Source of the DNA: Macrostomum lignano | Taxonomy: Eukaryota | Reading direction: 5' to 3' | NCBI GenBank assembly: GCA_002269645.1 | Contig: NIVC01004042.1 | Location: forward strand, 1-63,201 | Length of the DNA: 63,201 bases | Shown: one piece after another, positions 57,401-63,201 of the stretch | How the letters are laid out: each line of letters starts with the position of its first letter | How positions within the stretch are numbered: position 1 is the stretch's first letter | Position numbers and translations under genes: made by a program | Notes under the pieces: generated by a model | What the model saw: only the letters and a program-made list of their open reading frames with translations | What the model was told of the DNA's origin: nothing | The model's database searches: none

Positions 57401-59294
57401 AGGGTGGCGCGCGCCTGCCGGGTCATGAATGGCAGCAGTAGCCGGTCGTAGCCGTCCTTGAAAGCGGAGCGGAGGAATTCGGCGACATTGTCGGGACGGT
57501 TGGCCGATAGGAATCTAAAAAAGGAGAAAAACAGTCCTTTAGATTACTTAGTCGGTAACTTGAAAGTAGCTAGCTAGCCTATTACCCATAGCTTGGAATA
57601 CCTCAAAGGAAAGGAAAGTTCTCCCAGTATGTTAGCTTGTTTCATGTTTTTATCTTTGTAATTTAAATGCATTTTGCTATCTAGAACCAGAGTATAACTT
57701 TAATAGCTTGAATAAAAAGATCTGATCTGAGCGATTCTCTATGAGCATTTGAAAGCTGCGACCAATACCGCAATACCCAATGACTCAGTCTTGGTGCCTT
57801 AAGAATACCCAATGACTCCACAAGCCTTAGCATCTGAGCAATACCCAATGACTCCACAAGCCTTAGCATCTGAGCAATACCCAATGACTCCACAAGCCTT
57901 AGCATCTGAGCAATACCCAATGACTCCACAACCCTTAGTATCTGAGCAATACCCAATGACTCCACAAGCCTTAGCATCTGAGCAATACCCAATGACTCCA
58001 CAAGCCTTAGCATCTGAGCAATACCCAATGACTCCACAACCTTAGTATCTGAGCAATACCCAATGACTCCACAAGCCTTAGCATCTGAGCAATACCCAAT
58101 GACTCCACAATCCTTAGCATCTGAACAATACCCAATGACTCCACAAGCCTTAGCATCTGAGCAATACCCGATGACCCGCCGCTAGCCTTAATTAACATCT
58201 TAGCAATACCCGATGACCCGCCGCTAGCCTTAATTAACATCTTAGCAATACGAAATGGCTCAGGATATATTTTCCCAAACCTATTCAAAGACCATTTAAG
58301 CTAGCTACAGGATCACACGACTGCATAAGCGGACGCACCTGCGATGCAGATGCAGACAGTAAAGCTTGTACACCTGCTCGGGAAACTCCAGTTTAACAGT
58401 TAACAATTTCTTAGCCTCAAATCGATTTATTTTCAGTATCTGATGAGCGCGCAGGTGTTTAACATTGCAACGAAACTGCTCGCCATATTGGCCAAGCTTT
58501 TGCGCGTCTCGAACTAAGCGAGCAGCATCTGGCGCCGACAGAGACTGTTGCTGTTGTTGCTTCTGCCGCGACTTGTCTCCAGTCAGCAGCTTGTTGGCTA
58601 AGCGGCTGCGCTGACTGCACAGAAACGGGGCGTACAAAGTGCACAGCCGTTCCAGTTCCGCTAGCACTTCCGAGTCCTTAGCAACAGCATCCGCTACGAT
58701 GTGGCGCATGCCAGCTAGACGCTGCTCATCAACTGAGCCTAGCGATGAACATTCGCCTTTGAGTAGGGCCAGCGCCGGCGCCTCCAGACCCTGTTGGCGA
58801 GCGCGCTGCGCCAATGTGGCGCCGCCGCTATCAGCGGATTTCTTACTAATTAGCGGCTCGGAAGCGGCCAGGTAGGCCACCTGCTGAGGCCGGGTGCAGC
58901 TGCGCAGCGCTTGCAGCAGGCTGGGTGCCAAGCCGGCGCCACCACTGCCACCGCCGCTGCTCTGCACTTTTTCAATTTTTTTCACCGTCTTCTTAACCAG
59001 CTCTGTGACTTCCATTAGTTCTTCGTAGCGCTCCTTGACCTGGCGCAGGACTTCAGTTGGCGCGTCTCTGGTCTGATCGCGCCTATATCGGGCTATAAAT
59101 GGCACAGTGGCGCCCTGGCTGAGCAGGCCGGCCAGATTGCGCGCTACTCGCGGCTCCAATCGGTAGCGCTGCTCTGCCGCCGATTCGCAATAGTACTCAT
59201 CTTGGCTGAGCACCTCGGCGACTGTCCACGACACGGAGGCTGTGTTGCTGGTCACAGCCGCCGCTGCCGTAGTGACTGCAGACTTTGATGCCAT
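54443..59294 (-). CDS. SRBD1: S1 RNA-binding domain-containing protein 1 (eukaryotic Tex homologue); one apparent -1 frameshift
   Basis: Exons 59294-58339, 57514-57122, 56381-56199, 55726-55379 and 55102-54443. Motifs: [96 protein letters not shown] and an S1 domain ([11 protein letters not shown]). The exon total (2540 nt) is one base short of a multiple of 3. Confidence 0.93.
55150..55280. repeat. 38-bp tandem repeat in SRBD1 intron 4
   Basis: Unit GAGAGTGGGACACTGATTCACCTGGGTATGGTAGGGAG, about 3.5 copies. Confidence 0.85.
55837..55993 (-). mobile_element. Second tRNA-derived SINE family, 5' part (other fragments at ~12595-12670 and ~59753-59870)
   Basis: Head TTAGCCCAGTGGTCTGGCGCGGCG...CCAGGCTCGATTCCAAA. 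The plus-strand body TGTACAC...TGTGCCTT.GGGG.TGGC.CTCAAGGG.GTTAATTGCACGA recurs at about 12597 and, degenerately, at about 59755. Confidence 0.6.
56445..57055. repeat. Complex G-rich minisatellite (GGGGACAGTGTCTGTGGTTT and TCTGGAGGGATAGTGTT variants) in SRBD1 intron 2
   Basis: Direct reading; it explains ORFs 56180..57071. Confidence 0.9.
57770..58255. repeat. 36-bp minisatellite in SRBD1 intron 1
   Basis: Unit GACTCCACAAGCCTTAGCATCTGAGCAATACCCAAT, about 12 copies. Confidence 0.93.
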
Positions 59295-60449
59295 GAATTA
59301 TGTTATGTTTGCTGATTATTCATCTTAAAATCTTTTAAAACTTGCCAAAAATTTGGACTTGCTCCATGAGCCAGCTACTTGTTAAAGTCCAGAGTGAGTG
59401 AGAATACCACTCGATGCCCTTAGTGTAGCAAGGCCTCTATACTAAACCATGACCAAACTTACCTAATTAAGCCACATATTAAACTAAAGGTTATGAATTT
59501 ATTGAGAATTTACTTACTACTTGGATGTGTTATTTCCCTAAAAGATTTTTACTTAGACAGACAGTTGCGAAAGAACTAATGAAAATCTGCCATTATGAAA
59601 TATCGGCCTTCAAAGATTTCCTTCAATGCATCGTATTATTACCGAAGTAGTTGGTTCGCTGCCACTCAAAGTCAAAACCAAAGGCGACAGTCGATTCACA
59701 GTCATTCATGAACACGGATAGAGGGGGCATGATCGACTTGCTTATTAGGCATGTACGCTCTATGTGCCTTGAGGGTTAGCCAACGAGTGACTGTAGCTAA
59801 TTTTTCACGAGAGCCCAAAATTGATGGGACTGCCCAAGCATGCGAACCCGGGTTCTTAGCCGGGTCTGTACGCTAATGGCCCACCTATGCAATAACAACT
59901 TATTTACAAAATGTTTTTACTGTCGATAAAACACTTAAAGCAGTCTAATAATGTAGAAAATAATTCTAAGAAAAAAACGCTTGAAATACTTGAAACAGAA
60001 CTTAAAGAGAAAAATATATAAATCAACTACTTTGTATTTTGTAAGCACAAGAGAAGTAAAAATGATGCAGCACCAAACAACCACCAAGCCATAGGAACTG
60101 CAGTAATATAGGAAGGAACACAGTATTCAGTGCAATGAATCTTGTGATATTAAGATTCTATGGAGTCTTAGAGATGAGATAAGAGAGCCTCACATCAATG
60201 ATTTTTGCGGGATCACACGTGAGCTTGGGCAGGCGAAAGATTTCATTTATAAAGGAACTAACAAGATAAAATAATAGATATTATATATAATTAACTAGAA
60301 ATGCGCACTCGCAATTAATGTTGTGAAAAAGTCGAGCATTTACCTTTATTTTCCAGTAGTTTGTCTGCGCGGTGTCGCTTAAAATTATTCTGTCAGCTAA
60401 AATTTTCTTTCCTTCCTTGGGTTTTTTGCCTCACGACCATGCGTATGGG

Positions 60450-60850
60450 GTTCAGAATTAACAGCAAGCATTTAACTCAATGTGCACAAGTGAACGGAAG
60501 GCGGACGAAACTCAGTCAAGGCAGCAGGTCCAATCTAGCTCAGCCAATGAGAGAGCAGTAAGGAGAAAGGTCAGTCTGGGGAGGGGGGGCAGGCCCAATC
60601 TAGCTCAGCCAATGAGAGAGCAGTAAGGAGAAAGGTCAGTCTGGGGAGGGGGCAGGCCCAATCTAGCTCAGCCAATGAGAGAGCAGTAAGGAGAAAGGTC
60701 AGTCTGGGGAGGGGGCAGGCCCAATCTAGCTCAGCCAATGAGAGAGCAGTAAGGAGAAAGGTCAGTCTGGGGAGGGGGGCAGGCCCAATCTAGCTCAGCC
60801 AATGAGAGAGCAGTAAGGAGAAAGGTCAGTCAGACCACAAGCGGGCAAGA
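60450..60850 (+). repeat. Dispersed CCAAT-core repeat, copy 3, with a 63/64-bp segment tandemly amplified five times
   Basis: Unit AGGCCCAATCTAGCTCAGCCAATGAGAGAGCAGTAAGGAGAAAGGTCAGTCTGGGGAGGGGGC; the flanks match 36985-37195. Confidence 0.85.
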
Positions 60851-62012
60851 TTTATCAGCGTGGCTACGCATTTTCTTTCTGAATAAATTTAAATAAAACA
60901 CTGGATTACAGTTTTCAAGTTCTGCAATCTTCAGGCTTATATTAATTTCTTTGACATATTATCGAGTCTAAGGCAGTCTGGAGTCAGTAAAGCTGGGTGA
61001 AGATGCTAATATAATGGATCTGTTTGTAGAAAGCCAGAAGCAATTGTTGCAGCTTCAAAAGCTTGTAAAACATTGTAAATTTTAAAAAAGTTTTTTAGTG
61101 TTACAATCTAAAGACAAAAGCGCTAGTGTTGTCACTGAAAAAGTATATAAGTGCATTTTTTGCGAGTGACATCTCTAGTTATTCTAGCTAGTACGAGTAC
61201 GAGCTATCTGTGGATACAAATAAAAAGGCGGCCAACAAAAGAAAGTAAAGCAGTTATAGGACCGGGAAAGTAAACAGCAATTCAAACAGATACTCCTCCA
61301 CTGGTAAATAGCAACGAAGAAAAATTCGTTCCTAACAGTTAAACTAATAGATCAAATGCAGCGACAGCAATTTGAGAATGCCTAATATTTCTAAGACAGT
61401 TTTGCAGACAACAATGTCTCATTGTGCTAAGGATCAAGAGAAGGCCGACTTGGTGCCACGTATTCTGAAATGGGTCAATGTTATTTTACTGTTTAATAAA
61501 GGCTCACTGTTTCCTACTTTAGAGACCCGGTGAGAGCAGGTAACACAGGTGAAATAGGAAAGGACTCTAGACGACTCTAAAACGACAATATGCCCCGCTA
61601 AAAGTCGCCAAAAAGTCGTCAAAGAGACAGTTTGAGGCGTTTTATTGTCTGCGACTCTGAAACGACTCTGGGACCGTAAAGTCGCATCTGCGTCACTTTA
61701 TGAGTTAGAATCGCATTTATAACAAATCTATAAGTCTATTTGGGTTAGTAGAAAGTTAAGAGCTAACTCGACTCTTGGACGACTTATTTGCGACTTCTCT
61801 ACGATTCTACAACTCACGTGATGCGCTCGTGACTCAAAAGTCGCCTCTCCATCGCATTGCAATCATCGAGTTGTTTAAAATCATAAGCCACCCTGAGTCG
61901 CAGGAGTTGTTTGCAATGACTATTTAGCGATTCTTTTCAGGGTAACGTTTCTAACGGGAGATGTATCTCATTCTTTAATTCAGATGACTGACTAGGAATA
62001 TTATAAGTCCTC

Positions 62013-63201
62013 TTAGGTCATGGCTGTTTTACCAGGCATCTCTACCTCTACTTTAAATGCCCATTCTGCCTCTCCGGTGTCGAGAATGCGGAGAATTTCA
62101 TCGGTGAACGCCCCGCCTTTACTCAGAACAGGCTCACCTACCTCGACCCAAACCTCGGCTCAAAAACTCAAAGTGGGCGCTAGCATGCTATAAGATGAAG
62201 CTTAATTCACTCTTAACCCAGGTTCCATCAAGAGAGACTTTTAACAGTTTAAACTCACCCTCTTCCTTGTATTTGTTATCGGAAGCATGTAGATCTTTGA
62301 AGGAATCAACTACGCCAATGATAAAATAATGAGTCTTGTCCTGACGCACCATGTCTTTGCAGGATTGCACGTCTAAATAGTCTTTTAAAGCGTCTGTTGT
62401 TCTAATGTAGTCTTGGATGCTGGAAACTAGGCTAGGACCGACACCAATCATACTGCAATAGTGCAGCGGCATCAGCTGGGCCAACGCGTTGGACAAGGCG
62501 CAGAGTAGCTGGAGGGATTTTGGAAATATAGTGCATCAATTACTTGTCAGATACGAGCGTAGGAATGCCGAGCCACCATCTTAATCGTGAACCCTTTATA
62601 ATTATTTGATCAGTTACTGTAAGTAGCAAAATATGAGTTTTTAGCGCAATTTAGCATTCGCAGCAAATATTTTCAATTTTTTTACCTTAAAGAAGCACCT
62701 GTCCCGGCAGTCGCGATTGAGTAGAGTCAGACCGATATCGGTTTGTGCAGTCTCTCCATGGCGATGCACTCGCGTATGAGACAGTTAATTGCATTGATAA
62801 GATGCAGCAGAGCCGGTTCCGGTCTGGTGTCAGGCCGGAGCTCAAGGCTCAAGACCAGTTCAGCAATACGGCAGGGATCTGCGAATTGCACATTTATGAC
62901 ACTGAATGTTGAATGGGCCACTGATGTGTCACTGATGTGGGACTGAAACGTGCTATTAATTTGCTATTTTTATGGTACTGAATCAAAGATGACATTGAGC
63001 GGGTACTGAATACTGATACAGGAGCGAAAAACGAAATTTCGAAAGTCGCTTATTTAAAATACTGTAATAAAAAAGACTCACCATTGTGCTCAGCCAAAGT
63101 GACGTAGCCGTCCTGTCTGGAGTGCACAAGCGTGAGTATCTTCACGTACAGGGTGACAGTGGGCAAGTAGCGCGATCGTACAAGCCGCTGACGCACTTCC
63201 G
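62013..63201 (-). CDS. 3' part of an unidentified multi-exon protein-coding gene running off the right edge
   Basis: Candidate exons 63201-63082, 62920-62686 (needs one -1 frameshift near 62740), 62508-62259 and 62158-62013 (atypical GAG acceptor). Strong GTGAGT/GTAAAA donors; phases fit after the single correction. No family recognised. Confidence 0.5.

Overview
Eukaryotic (metazoan) nuclear DNA. It has GC-rich spliced genes with GT-AG introns, AT-rich intergenic DNA, and a different minisatellite in many introns. The style is reminiscent of a flatworm such as Macrostomum, but this is inference only. I reconstructed 12 protein-coding genes by hand. On the minus strand: FHIP1/FAM160A (runs off the left edge), PMPCA, MRPS26, enolase, an orphan Cys-rich/PPxY membrane protein, DUS2, a divergent tetraspanin, an EEF1E1/AIMP3-like GST-C protein, SRBD1, and an unidentified gene running off the right edge. 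On the plus strand: CFAP57/WDR65 (12 exons) and a LicD/FKRP-like gene nested antisense in DUS2 intron 1. Also present are tRNA-Arg(ACG), tRNA-derived SINEs, a TIR-bounded mariner, a DD37E transposon relic and about 18 tandem or simple repeats. Four observations stand out. (1) There are long co-oriented gene runs in which several genes have a 3' splice acceptor at or just before the ATG, suggesting candidate SL trans-spliced operons. (2) There is a nested arrangement: a mariner inside the LicD gene, which is inside DUS2. (3) A tetraspanin that is invisible in the ORF track is recoverable across three frame breaks. (4) A 3-kb AT-rich island carries TAGGCCTA motifs and a long hairpin. Seven frame breaks in four genes look mostly like single-base consensus errors but need checking. 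I found no CRISPR array and no clearly new molecular system. All exon coordinates are manual and unverified by transcripts.
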